From: Paramecium tetraurelia
Lineage: Eukaryota
Direction: 5' to 3'
DNA length: 45,094 nt
Assembly: GCA_000165425.1 (NCBI GenBank)
Contig: CT868002.1
Location: 248,001 to 293,094, forward strand
The notes below the pieces were generated by a model, which was given only the letters and a program-made list of their open reading frames with translations, was not told the DNA's origin and ran no database searches. Below are positions 27,024-38,949 of this stretch, piece by piece; within the stretch, counting starts at the first letter, position 1; every line of letters starts with the position of its first letter. The translations under genes and the position numbers were made by a program.

Positions 27024-28747
27024 TCACCCATTTAGAACAATATCAAGATTTTTGTATATCTTTACCTATAATAGAGATGGGCCTAAATATACTCAATATT
27101 CTTACATGTATCTTAAAAGAATGAAGTAGTAGTAACTTCAGCTTTAGGACCTACTAATTATAATCCTTTATATATCATTTAAATAATAAATGTATTCTAT
27201 CGCAAAAACTCTAAAGAAATGAATCCTTCAATATAAAAATTAAAAGCCATACATTATTCAGTTTCAATCTTACTCAATTCCACCTTAATATGTTTATGAG
27301 ACTTTTATATGAGAAATAAATATAAAAGATTTGAGAATATAAATTAGATGATATGTTATATAGATGTAATAACAAAATGGTCTGTTGAATCAGATTCGAA
27401 TTAAATGGATTTATTTTCTACATCAGCCACATTGTTCATAATCATTAATGATTAATAAATGATATTCTTGAGGGAAAATGTTTACAGTTCTGAATAATTA
27501 ATTTTAATATAGTAAATCTAAAATGCATCCAAGATCATTTTAATTTTTGTGTTCGAAATAATCTGTGCACTTATTAAAGATTCGCTGACCTTAAAGTAAT
27601 ATCTATCATCCGAATTTTATTATAATTAACATAATTAGAATAACTATTTATTTGTTCTAGTATTAATCTTATCTAACCTGCTAGACAAAAGTTTAATTTC
27701 CTATTCTTTTAGCTTCAATTAGGTGTCATCATGCAAGATATCCTATTTCTATTCCATCAACATAAGGAGTTCTCGACTCTCATTTTGATAAGCAAAAACT
27801 TTCAGGTTGTATAATTATTTTGAATTATTTTTTTGGATGGTCAATTCTATTTTTTTTTAAGGGGATTTTGATTATATCATTTTATCATATAAATATTAAC
27901 CAATATTTTGACAATCCAACCCAGTACTGCCCTAAATATTCTATTTTTATTTTGAATTTCCTTTTGGCTATAATTGAGTATCCTAAATTGAATATTAATG
28001 TAGGAAGTCCTTAAAATCTTGATTGCATGAGATTCCAAGTCTCTGCTCTGCATAATGGTTTGCATACTTTAATTCAAATTAAAATGATTTTTAATCAAAT
28101 TTAAACTGGATATAAATATCTTAGATAATTTCATTTAAAACATTTCCTAGTTTAATAGTGATAAGATAAATACTTATTTCTTTTTCGTTCTAGTATTAGA
28201 TGAATAGTGTTCTCTTTTCATATGATTTTTTATACAGAAGAATGAATAAATAGAATGATACAACTATATAAAGTACAGCCATTCCATCAAACTTAAAGTA
28301 AAAAAGAATATAAAATAAACGAGATATAGTAATAATAAGTAATGCAAATGCATTCCACACAAAATCATAATGCTCCAATAATGTGATATTGATGATTATA
28401 ATTCCACATCCTGACACATATGCATTATCATAGGAAGGCGTGTTTCTATCCACCAAAATCTATATAGCAGTCATAATTAGATTATTAATCACAAATAGAT
28501 TGCAAGTGTTCTTACCTTTACGATATTTTAAAATATATGGAATTTGTAGGATAAAAAACAAGGTGGCGATTGATTCGAATAACCCATTTATGATCTAACC
28601 TTCTTTTAGTTGTATTATGGCAACTCCTAAATTAATAATAATTAAGATAGGCTGATAACATTTAAAATGAAATAGGGATTATTCTCTTGTAAACTCTTCG
28701 TATTTTTTCTCCATTTAGGATGGAAAACGTAATGTAAATTTGTTCAT
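27024..28747 (-). CDS. Multi-pass transmembrane protein of an expanded Paramecium family (possible degenerate sensor/His-kinase-like C-terminus)
   Basis: N-terminus MNKFTLRFPSQMEKKYEEF, several hydrophobic helices (including track ORF 28196-28456), soluble C-terminal part ending ..KIYKNLDIVLNG* after a 23-nt intron. Functional label is weak inference. Confidence 0.65.
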
Positions 28748-28881
28748 TTTAATATAATAATAAATCCTCAGTAGATTATTTCATTTATTCATTTATCGTA
28801 CTCTTACATATAATAAAATAATAGGATGATGAGACTGGATAATTTAATTAATTAAAAATCACCATATCAATAAAGCATTTC

Positions 28882-28916
28882 TATATACATATCAACAATT
28901 TATTGATATGTATATA
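28882..28916. repeat. Perfect 14-bp inverted repeat with 7-nt loop in intergenic DNA
   Basis: TATATACATATCAA-caattta-TTGATATGTATATA; an extra partial copy CATATCAATAAA at 28863-28874 is complementary to 28899-28910. Confidence 0.9.
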
Positions 28917-28972
28917 AAGTGAAACACTTTTTTCTGTTTCATATTTTTGGTTCATTATTAATTGATTTTAAA

Positions 28973-30333
28973 ATGGTATCAGCTTTTTCAATAGGTTAAG
29001 CAAAGAGATCTGATCCAGCCATCAGATCTTCAGCACCTAGTCCAAATGCCTATTTACCAAAATTACTTCACAATTAAAAGGCCCCTAATGGACGTAATAT
29101 ATGATTATCAAATATAGGATTGGTGGAGCAGTCCAAAGAGTAGGGAGATCAACCTCTTATGGACCAGGACCAGGCCAATACTAATATCAATAAAATGTCA
29201 TAGAAGGCCCTAAATATTCTATAGTTGGCAAACATGAAACCAAATAGTTTTCCCTATCTCCATGCCCTGGAAATTACAATGATGAGAGTTTTACCACGAT
29301 ATATAGAAGACCACCCATATACACACTTGGAATGAAGCATTATACATCAGCAAAAGAGTTTCCACCAAGACCTGGTTAATATGATCTCAATAGCTCATTT
29401 GTGTCCAACAACTCAATTAAGTTCCTACTTAACAAAGATTAATATCCTTAGAAGGAGGAATGTCTCCTGGTCCTGGATGTACTATAATTATAAGTTTAGA
29501 GTACAATATTGATAAGGCAGTAAAGTCGACAATGGAGAAAACTTAACCTTCATGGGTGATTGGTGCATCTCAAAGATAATAGGAATTAAAGAAATCTCAA
29601 GTTTCTCCAGGTCCAGGAGCTCATCAAATGAGTAAAATGCTTAACCTGTCAAAGAATTTCACCATCAAACAAAAATTGTAATCGAAAGATCCAAATGTAT
29701 CTGCTAAAGGACCTGGTGCATACGATTTGGATGTTTCTATATTTAAATCCCACTATCCTACTTTTAAAATTGGAACTGAAGAAAGAAGCACAAAGAATTC
29801 GCTTGATAAGTTTTTTCCTAGTCCTGGATAATATTATAGAGAGTAAACCTTTTTCTTATAAAAAGGAGAGTAGATAGTTTGAGTTCTTTACAAAAGTCAG
29901 CTCCATCATTTAAAATTCCGCAAGCTTTAAGGAAAGATCTCAATGACTCGATTACGATTACTACAGGTCCAGGCTAGTATCAAATAACAAAAATAAGAGA
30001 CATTTAAATGATTACAATGAAGGGTTTTAAATATAATCCAAATAACTCTGTTCATTTCCTGGTACTGGCTAATATAATCCTAACGATTCAATATGCAAAC
30101 CAAAGGATGGATCGGTTAAGATAGTTCCTGAATAGAGATCAAAAGCAATGTTAACTCAATATGTTCCAGGACCAGGCTAATACTCAATAAAATCTACTCT
30201 TGAAGGACTTGCTTGGGGATTCAAGAAAGAAATTAGATCTAAACTCATCAGAAAAGATTTTAATCCAGGACTAGGATCTTATAATATTCCTCCGAATATT
30301 AATGAAGTTCCTCGATATTTATTACAGAAATGA
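28973..30333 (+). pseudogene. ODF3/SHIPPO-1-like PGP-repeat (axonemal) protein gene with frameshifts
   Basis: About 12 repeats of the (S/T)PGPG-x-Y type (GPGPGQY, SPGPG, SPGPGAH, VPGPGQY). 1-nt frame breaks near 29088, 29424 and 30055, and many eroded cores (PSPN, PCPG, PRPG, PGTG, PGLG). TGA 30331-30333. Confidence 0.75.
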
Positions 30334-30357
30334 TCATTACATTTTTTATTAATTTAA

Positions 30358-31116
30358 ATGATTAATAAATGCCTCAAATATTTTTATATAAAGTAACACA
30401 CTCTTATTTCGATTGAAGGCAACATAGGATCAGGGAAAAGTACACTCCTCAAGTTGATGTAGCAGAAATACCCTTAAGTAAGATATTTCAACATAAACTA
30501 AGATGCATTACTTACCAGAACCAGTTAATGAATGGTAACAAATTAATGGAAATCCTAAACTGAATTTACTTGGATCTTTTTATCAGGATCCTCATCGCTG
30601 GGCATACACTATGCAAAATTATGCTTTCTATAGTAGATTGAAGCATTGGAAAACTGTTATGGCTTATTTGAATCAATCAATTATTTTGAGTGAAAGGAGT
30701 ATCTAAGCAGATAAAGAGATCTTTGCAAAAAATGGTTACATCAATGGATTAATGAATGAGATGGAATTTGCAATCTATGAATAATTCTATGATTGGTTGG
30801 TCCAAGAAGTTTTTGGAAAATAGATAGCTAAATAATTGATAGTCTATCTTTAAGTGAATCCTAATGTTTGTTTAGAGAGAATGCTCAAAAGATCTAGAGA
30901 TGAAGAAAAAGTATTAGTAAAATTCTATATTAGAATTCAATTTCCAAAGATTACTTGGTTTAGATTCATCAAAGACATGAGGAATGGCTAATAAATGCAA
31001 AAGATTAGAATTAGAAAGTTCTAATTTTAAATGGAGATAAAGAATTTGAAGGTGATCTCAAATAATAGCAAATTATGTTCGATTAAATAAATCAATTCTT
31101 TTCTGGATTAGTCTGA
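30358..31116 (+). CDS. Deoxynucleoside kinase (dCK/dGK family)
   Basis: ISIEGNIGSGKSTLL (P-loop), PEPVNEW, FYQDPHRWAYTMQNYAFYSR, ERSIQADKEIFA, IVYLQVNPNVCLERMLKRSRDEE (lid), DYLVQIHQRHEEWL. Two introns; TGA 31114-31116. Confidence 0.93.
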
Positions 31117-31180
31117 TTAAATTTATAAATATATTGATGCTATTATATTAGTTTTAATTAATTTTTATTGTTAATTTAAA

Positions 31181-32255
31181 ATGGCCACTAACAATCTTCC
31201 GACCTTTTACCCAGGATAATAATCAATGACAAATGTTTAACCTTCCCTATATTAACAACAAGGAGGTTTAGAATATTGTATATTAGAGTAGCACCTTTCT
31301 ATTAAAGTAATCAAGGCCTTCCATAAGTCTTAGGATCTCCTTCTGGCATTTAGCAAAATCAATAAATATCTTATGGAAATTGTATTAAATGTTGTTCATA
31401 TTAGAATACGGATTAAATGTGCCCAACTAAGGTGTCCCATCATATTAGACTCCTCAAAGAATTGTTTCTTAAAGAGTTATGTAATAATCCCCTTAGGTTG
31501 TTACATCTCCGATAATTTAATAATAAGTTCCTATTATTCAATAATAAGCTCAAAATATTTAATCATCAGTGCAGCAACCATCAGTTGGTAACGAAATAAT
31601 AATAAAATTAAATAGTTCATAATGTGGAACACGTACCAGTCATTCATGAATTACATCACGTGAATCGACCAATAAATGTTGTTTCAGTAGATGAGATTGA
31701 AGGTCCTTGGAGAAGTAAAGTATTATTGTTGGAGAAATAATTAATTGAATTGTAATTGATGTTAAAGAAGGGTCCCGTGAAATAGGTTCAATCTAAATAA
31801 GTAGTAGTAGAAGATGAGGGAAAGGTATGCTAAATCAAATACTATCAACTAATTAGATAAGACAATTGCAAAGTGAAATCGAGAGACTACAAGCCATTTT
31901 AAGGGAGAACCAAAAAGAGATTGATGAATTGCAATAACAAATAAATGATGCAACATTTAATCTAGAAAATGCTGAGGAATAGGCATCTTCTCAAGTGGAA
32001 GCATAACAGGAAGAATTAGCTAAATGGAAGAAGAAGTTCTCAGATTTAAACAAGAAGTTCCATGATATTGAAGAAGATATAACTATGACTGAGGCTTAAA
32101 TAGAAAGTATTTAGAAAAGAAAAATGATCACTTAAACTACATCTACTGTTAAGACTACTGCAAAAACTTCAGGAGTATAGCTTTATATTTATAATTAGGG
32201 TACATATGGGGATGGAGATGTCAGAAAGAGCGGTTTTAGCAATAGGAATTATTGA
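31181..32255 (+). CDS. Q/V/P-rich plus coiled-coil protein, probably cortical/cytoskeletal
   Basis: MATNNLPTFYPGQQS.., low-complexity QQVPIIQQ/VEHVPVIHE region, then heptads ..LAKWKKKFSDLNKKFHDIEED..; about five short introns; TGA 32253-32255. Confidence 0.72.
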
Positions 32256-32279
32256 TTTATTCAAAAATTATAAACATTT

Positions 32280-33316
32280 ATGCTAAATACAAATTCAAAT
32301 TAATTTGTTCATTCCAAATTAATATACGCATGTGCCATATCTCCTAAAAGTACTATAGATAATTAGAGAATTATTTTGGGGACTATTGGCTCAGGAGGAC
32401 AATAAATTATATGTAATCTACCAATTAATCTATAATATAGAATTGCAATCTGCCCAAGAAGGTTATAAAATTAAAACCTATCATTTGCATAATGCATTCA
32501 GTGCTAAATTATTATTTCTCAATCAAAATGAAGGAAATGAAAGATTTGTATCTGCAGGAGAAAAACTTTAAATATTTAAATCAGAAGACTAAAAAATCAG
32601 TCATATTTGTGATCTAATCCCTTTAAGTAAGGAGTATGTCGGTCCTACGTTCGCCTTAGATTTTCATTATGAATAGCAAAATAGATTAAGTATTGATTTC
32701 CCCATATCTCGCTTTTAGTCTCTGGTTCTCTGGATCCAACAATAAGAATTTGGGATCTTGAAAAGAGAAAGTGTTAGTATCAATTTATTGCATATGACAT
32801 ATCAAAAGAACCAGATTAATACACTTTAGATTTAAATATAGGTCGCGATACCAACATTTTAGCATTTCTAAACAATTATAACTAAATTGGAATATATGAT
32901 ATCAGATCTAAAATGGGTATGCACAAAATCAAAGGCAAATTGTAGTATAATCAAGTGATCTGGAATAAAAAATAAGATAATAATTTGATTGCCATAGATT
33001 ACGAGGCGGGTCTTATTGATTTTTATGATACCCGAGATTTTAAAAATAAATATATAAAAGAATTAGAACTGACCATAGATAAATTGTGAAAGCTGAATGG
33101 TTTTAGGATAGAAAGTAGTTAAGCATTATAATAATTAGTTCTTTGGTTACTACAGGATTAGATAGATAAATTATTCTTTACGAGGGTGATAAATATCTGG
33201 AGCCTTGCTTTGGATTAACTAAGAATTATGATATAGACAATTTCTGTTGTCAAAACAACCTATTTGGAATTGTCTCAGAATATACTTTCGAGGTTTTTAA
33301 CTTTGAAACATAATGA
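32280..33316 (+). CDS. DCAF7/WDR68(TTG1)-like WD40 protein with one frame break (possible young pseudogene or sequence error)
   Basis: IYACAIS..IILGT, RFVSAGEKLQIF, GPTFALDF, SGSLDPTIRIWDLEKRKCQYQFIAYD, IGIYDIR, IDFYDTR. The frame hits TGA at 33087-33089 but the -1 frame continues DHRQIVKAEWF..SLVTTGLDRQIILY to TGA 33314-33316. Confidence 0.65.
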
Positions 33317-33342
33317 ATTTTTATTAAAATTATTTATGATAA

Positions 33343-34490
33343 ATGAGTCATACTTAATTGTCATCTGAATCGATTCTAATTCAGCAAAATCATTAAAAAC
33401 ATATCTGATTATTATTAAGATCAAAACAATTCAGTAATGGCACTGCATTAAATCTAAGGGGGGAAATGACCAAAATCAAAAAGAAAACAAATCAATCAAC
33501 TACAGCCTAAAATAAAGATCTATAAATATATATAAGCAAATATCTGTTTTTGAAGATGCCAAATAATTAATTGGTATGGGTAGTTCCTCAGATGAAACAG
33601 CAATGTAAATTAAGAAATTTAAGTACATTTAATATAACAAATTTAGTCTTAAATGATCACATAATACAACTTAATGTTGAAGTGAGAGTAGGGGTTTGAG
33701 GTAGAGAAGGTTCATTATTTGCTGAAGATAAAATTGGGATGATATAGAATTATGCTAGTATCTAAAATTAAGATTTTAGAGCAATTATATAATTTAAATA
33801 TCTTTAGGTACACTTAATGTGATTGCGTTGTAAACTTATTAATAAGGACTATTATATCAATACAAAAAGACACCCAAATGGGTCAAGGTTGTAAACAGGA
33901 TTCTATAATTCAACGGTGATAATTTACATTAACAATTGATGTGAATCTGAAGTAAGGTAACTTAATTTCCAGATTTTCTTTACAGAAGTATTAGAGTTCC
34001 AGAAACAGACACTAAAAGGAAGAATAAATTCCAGCAAAGCCTCCATGATTGTATTTTCAAAGGTAACGGATAACTTTCAATTATGTGACAAAGATATGAA
34101 ATGTGAATTTATTAGAGCAAGTGGACCAGGTGGTCAACATTTTAATAAAACCAAAAGTGCTTGTAGAATTACTCAAATTCCCACTGGAATTCAATTATAA
34201 ATATGGGAGACAAAAACTAACAGAGAAATAACAAAGAGCAAATCAAATTTTAAGAAACTTAAACTAGGAAAATTTAAGTTGCTGGATTCCTGATAGAGGT
34301 GATAAATTAGAATCTATAATTTCCTTAGGAACGAATTAACGATTATAGAATTAACTTATGATAGATTTCATTCTCCTTTTTATAACAATGTATTGTATTG
34401 AAAAAATGCAATATTAGGCCAATTCATTAAAAAGTATTTGATGAAAATTCATACTGAAAATTACAGGATTATTAGATGAATTGTAAATGA
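33343..34490 (+). pseudogene. Mitochondrial (bacterial-type) peptide chain release factor 1 pseudogene
   Basis: EVRVGV*GREGSLFAED (in-frame TGA 33697-33699), RVPET (RF1 PxT motif), FIRASGPGGQHFNKTKSACRITQIPTGI (GGQ motif near 34129), remnant of IRTYNFPQERITDHRINL; multiple frameshifts. Ends approximate. Confidence 0.85.
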
Positions 34491-34535
34491 AAATAAGAAA
34501 TGATATATCGATGTATATGTTTATAATTTGTACTA

Positions 34536-35636
34536 TCATTCATTAAATCTTTCTTAGAAGTGTCTATTTCTTTTAATTCTATCTTGATAGGCACTAGAAT
34601 CATTTTAATTATATATTTCTTTCCTTATTTTGTTTAAAAATTATCCTCCTCCTACTCCTTATTATTATTATTTAGGTTCTTCATCAATTTATTTTAATTA
34701 TTGTTGAAGTCTTTGTTATCCATCGGCTGCCATTTAATTACGTAGTTCCTCCTAAGATTACTATGGATTTAAGTTTTTTCTATATTTTTTTTTCATCAGA
34801 CTGAAATCTGCTTTAACATTTCCATGTTCGTCTGTGACTGCAATATTTCCCAATCTTTCTTTTAAATATTATTAATAAATTTAAGATTTAGAAGAACCTG
34901 TTGAAATGGCTGTAGAAATCTCTTATTCCTTAGAACTTGAAGATGAAGATCTAGAACTACTGCTTCTATTATGTTTCTTACTTTTTTTTGATGACTTTTT
35001 ATCCTTCTTACCATTCTTTTTTTTACTTTTATCTTTTTTCTCTTTATGTGATTTTTCTTTCTTTATTTTTTTATTTGCTTCTATCTTCTCTTACAATTAT
35101 TTCACTTTCAAAGGATTCTGCAATAAGACTTATTTTATTTGTTATTCCTAAAATTACTATTATATAACATACCCCTTTCATAATTTAGAACATAGGATCT
35201 TCATGCACAAGCACAAAATCTTCACATTTTGCATTTGTTGTTTCCTCTTTAAAAACTGTTTGATATTATTAAGTTTGTTTAGCCTTTTCTCTTTAATCTG
35301 CTAGTTTTTCCACTTCTTAAGATGTAGCAGTCTTACCAAGAAGATATCTAATAATATAAATAATTCATACTCTTCTGCTGAATTTTGATTTTATTTTTCA
35401 AGTTTGCTGACATCATACATCCATTCCATTCTATCCAAATGACTTTTTGGAATTAAACCTGCTTCAACTTAAATTCTTTTTAATTCCTCTATGTTTTTTT
35501 CTTCTGCCAATTTTTTTGCCCTTTCTTGCTCCCTCTTTATTATATCAGCTTGGATTTGTTCTCTAATCCAAACAATTTCTTAATTCTTCAAAGAACCTGG
35601 ATGCCAATTTTTCTTTTATAAATAATTCAATCCCAT
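34536..35636 (-). CDS. CWC25: Pre-mRNA splicing factor CWC25
   Basis: MGLNYLQKKNWHPGSLKNQEIVWIRE, DRMEWMY, HEDPMF, K/S-rich low-complexity middle; TGA 34536-34538. Confidence 0.9.
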
Positions 35637-35751
35637 TTAAAATATATATAATAATATTTATATATTTTATGTAATTTCAATAATCTATATATAAGTATCA
35701 ATAGTGTGTTTGCATTTATAATTTAAATTTTGATTTATTCTACTTCAAAAA

Positions 35752-36716
35752 ATGAAAAAAAAAGAAACCAAATTCAAAAAAATTTAAGTAAACAAGAAGA
35801 TCTACCCTAATTTCTTGAAAATGATTGACGAAAGAAATGTAATAAATCAAATTATTGTTAGTTTGATCTGTTTATATCTTCATTTCGTGATATTCATCCA
35901 GAAAACTTTACTCATTGCGGATTTATTTATACTCATAAACAAAATGAAAAGTTATCAATTAATGAGGATGCTGCCTTTGTATTGGATAATAAAATTTGGT
36001 TTGCAAGAATTGAAGAAATAGTGAAAATTATAATAAATGGTGAAGATGCAGGATTTATTAAAGGTCGTATCTATTTATAAAAGCCAGATTTAATTGGACT
36101 GCATGAGAAAATAAAGGAATGTACAGAAGATGATTTATTTCTCACCGAACAAACCAAATGGTTCTTTTGTAAAGAATTAAGAAAAAAAATAATGGTGTAT
36201 AATCTTAATGATATCATTCAAAACAATATTGATACGAAACCTGGCTCATTTTATACTCGTTCAGAATTTAATGTTGAATTCCAAAAATTTATAACACCTG
36301 TTGAAGAGTGGGCGACTGAATGTATTTGCTAAAAATTATTCGATAATTCTCTGGGCTACTTATAGTGTGATAGGTGTTAAAGATGGATACATTATGATTG
36401 CAGTGGGTTACCAAAAGATGTACTTGAAAACTTGAATGATCATAATTTTAATTGTAAGATTTGTGTAGGCGAAATGAAGGTAGAAAAAATTAAGATAAAA
36501 TCAAATGAAAACGAAAATTAATAATAAGTGGTGAAACAATCTAAGAATGCTGCTAAAAAGGAAAATTAAATTATTGAAGAGAAGATAAAAATTGAAATGT
36601 AAGAAAGAAAACCACTTAAAAATAAATCAGTATTAAATCAAAGTATGAATTACAATAAGCAGTTTATAAATGAAAAAAATTCAAAGAAGCCTATTCAAAA
36701 AATTAAAAGTAATTGA
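35752..36716 (+). CDS. BAH-PHD chromatin reader (EBS/SHL-like architecture)
   Basis: After one 23-nt intron: BAH-like IWFARIEEI..GRIYLQKPDL..DDLFLTEQTKW..KKIMV..FYTRSEFNVEFQKF, directly followed by PHD CICQKLFDNSLGYLQCDRCQRWIHYDC..FNCKIC and a K-rich tail; TGA 36714-36716. Confidence 0.85.
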
Positions 36717-36740
36717 GCAAATATAATTAATATAACTAAT

Positions 36741-37604
36741 TCAATTTTAGATCTATTAAAAGTTTGGAGTGACTACTTAAGTGAGCTATCTTTATTCCTT
36801 TCTCTTGACTACTTTTGTTCTTGTATAATCATTTTCATCATCAAAATAAACTTTTTTAGAAGGGAAATATTATTTAAATAGCTATTTATCAATTTTAGCC
36901 AAATTCATTGCAATTGATATCACTATTTCATTCTCTAAATTTTCTCTTTATCTTGGGAATGTTCCTGTCCTCATCTTATATAATATTAAAAATTATTATA
37001 GATGGCTCATATTCTCAAATTTAGTTTATGATATTGTTCCGTAAAAGTTAAATGGATCATTGAAAACACTAAATATCTCATCCTCCTCTTCATCTTTCAA
37101 AGGAATGAGTGCAAATGATTTTATCTGTATTTTTTTATTTTGAAAAGGTGAAGAATCAGGAGATGAAAAATTAGACAAAGTTTTCCATGATTCTTGATTT
37201 TAATAGGTTTATTATGGAATTTAAACCTAGACTGGTCTCCTTTTTCTAAAAGCAAGCACTATCTAAGGAATTTCTCTTTAATTATAAGAGACACTTCCAT
37301 AGAGTTATATATCAGAGCTTTTCTAAGTGTAATCAAGATCGTATGAAGTAATCGATAAACCAGGAGATACAACTTAATAGGAATTAGTTGGTTTTGTATC
37401 AAAATCATCAAATTGCAAATCTACATCATTTGAAGAGAACATTTTCTCATAGCTTAATTTATCTGTCTCAATATCTTTATTTGATTATGTCTGAGGACTT
37501 TAATCAATTGAATTACAGACAATAATATTAGTATCAGATTAAGTTTTGTGACCTGAATATATGAATTTTGTAATTTTAGCATCACTAATTTTTTAATTTA
37601 TCAT
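36741..37604 (-). CDS. Hypothetical protein
   Basis: Long TGA-free code-6 frames ending ..VVTPNFQQIQN* at 36741-36743; start and intron structure uncertain; no recognisable domain. Confidence 0.45.
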
Positions 37605-37679
37605 AATCAATATACATAATTAAATAATTCAATCTTAACATAATTTCTGACACTTTCTCTCTCTTTTATGGCAGTACTT

Positions 37680-38590
37680 TTTAAAGTTAAAGTACATAAG
37701 TATTATGAATTAATGTCTATTTTAAACAATATTTATTCTTTTTATCATTAATTTTCATGATATATCATTTTTCAGATTTTTTAGTCGAGTAATTTTTGTC
37801 TTAAGCAAATAATAAGGATTTTCATAATCATTAATATAATAATTCTATTAGTATCGCTGTTTATGATAATTTATTCTCTATAGAAGTTGAGGTGATTATT
37901 CAATTCAGATAAATTCCAATTCATTCTGATGCCCTCATTTTTCCTTGATTTTAAGAATAAAAATCTAAACCATTAAAAGATAAAAAATATAAGAAAGTGG
38001 GATCTTTAATAATTCTTTATTGAGTGTTTGATGTTTTACCACAATTAATTTAAGATAAACATAAGCATGCATAAGTAATTTTATAATAATAGCGTTATAT
38101 TTTTAAACTTGAATAGAATGAGACAAGTGATTATCTTTATAATTGATTGTGTAACATATCAATATGCTTGATAATATATCAAATTTAATTATTTCTAGTC
38201 TTTAATGTAAAATCTCTAAAATGACATAATTTATATGGTCTTTGGTATTATCCCAAGAGTAAAGTTAATTATCTTTTCTGAAATATCTTTAATTGATTTA
38301 ATCTAACATCTTAAAATACTAAAATTTAATAAATAAATTTTTTTTATTAAATATCAACTTTTCTCAAATCGAATTGATGCTTGACTCATTCCTATATTGA
38401 ATACTTTGAGGTAATATATTTGGAAAACCTTTTAATTGCCTGATAATAAACTTACTAAAACTTTTAGTTGATGAATCCCATATACATGTGAACATTTCTG
38501 TAGCTTTCATTTTAATTCTCAAATTCTTTAAACTACACCTTTAGCTATAGAAAGTATTTATACAATAAAAGTTTCTACTTGATTCTCATA
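37680..38590 (-). pseudogene. Highly degenerate coding remnant, family not recognised
   Basis: Coding-like stretches (MRIKQKLLLYKYFLQLKV..) interrupted by several TGA codons without usable introns. Confidence 0.3.
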
Positions 38591-38949
38591 ATTTTTAAAT
38601 TTAAAAAATAATAGACAATTAATTTAATTATTGATTTAGATATTAGTTATCATATTCTTTTTTTTAAATATTAAGAATGCTTATATGAGGTTAAAAGTAG
38701 GTTTTTACATATAAGTTAAAATGAAGTATTTTTAAAACAAACCTATGAAAATCTGTAGAATTATTTAGGGTTTGATAGAAGGAGTTCAGGCTAAACTTTA
38801 TAATATGAGTTGAAATAAAATAAAATAAGAAAGCAACAAAAATATATGCTTAAATTCAATAGGATTTGAGTAAGCAAAAGAAATATAGAAATCACTTTCA
38901 TTATTTTATTACAATCAAGATTTGATATTCTTGATCATATGATTAGGTT

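Noticed and set aside
28973..30333. Euplotes-style programmed ribosomal frameshifting in the ODF3-like gene
   Set aside because: The breaks share no common motif, TAA/TAG are sense codons here, and the repeat cores are also eroded, which points to pseudogenisation.
33343..34490. Bacterial prfA by horizontal transfer, or UGA recoding
   Set aside because: It has host-like composition, TAA/TAG-Gln usage, intron-like segments and several frameshifts; a decayed nuclear gene for mitochondrial RF1 is simpler.
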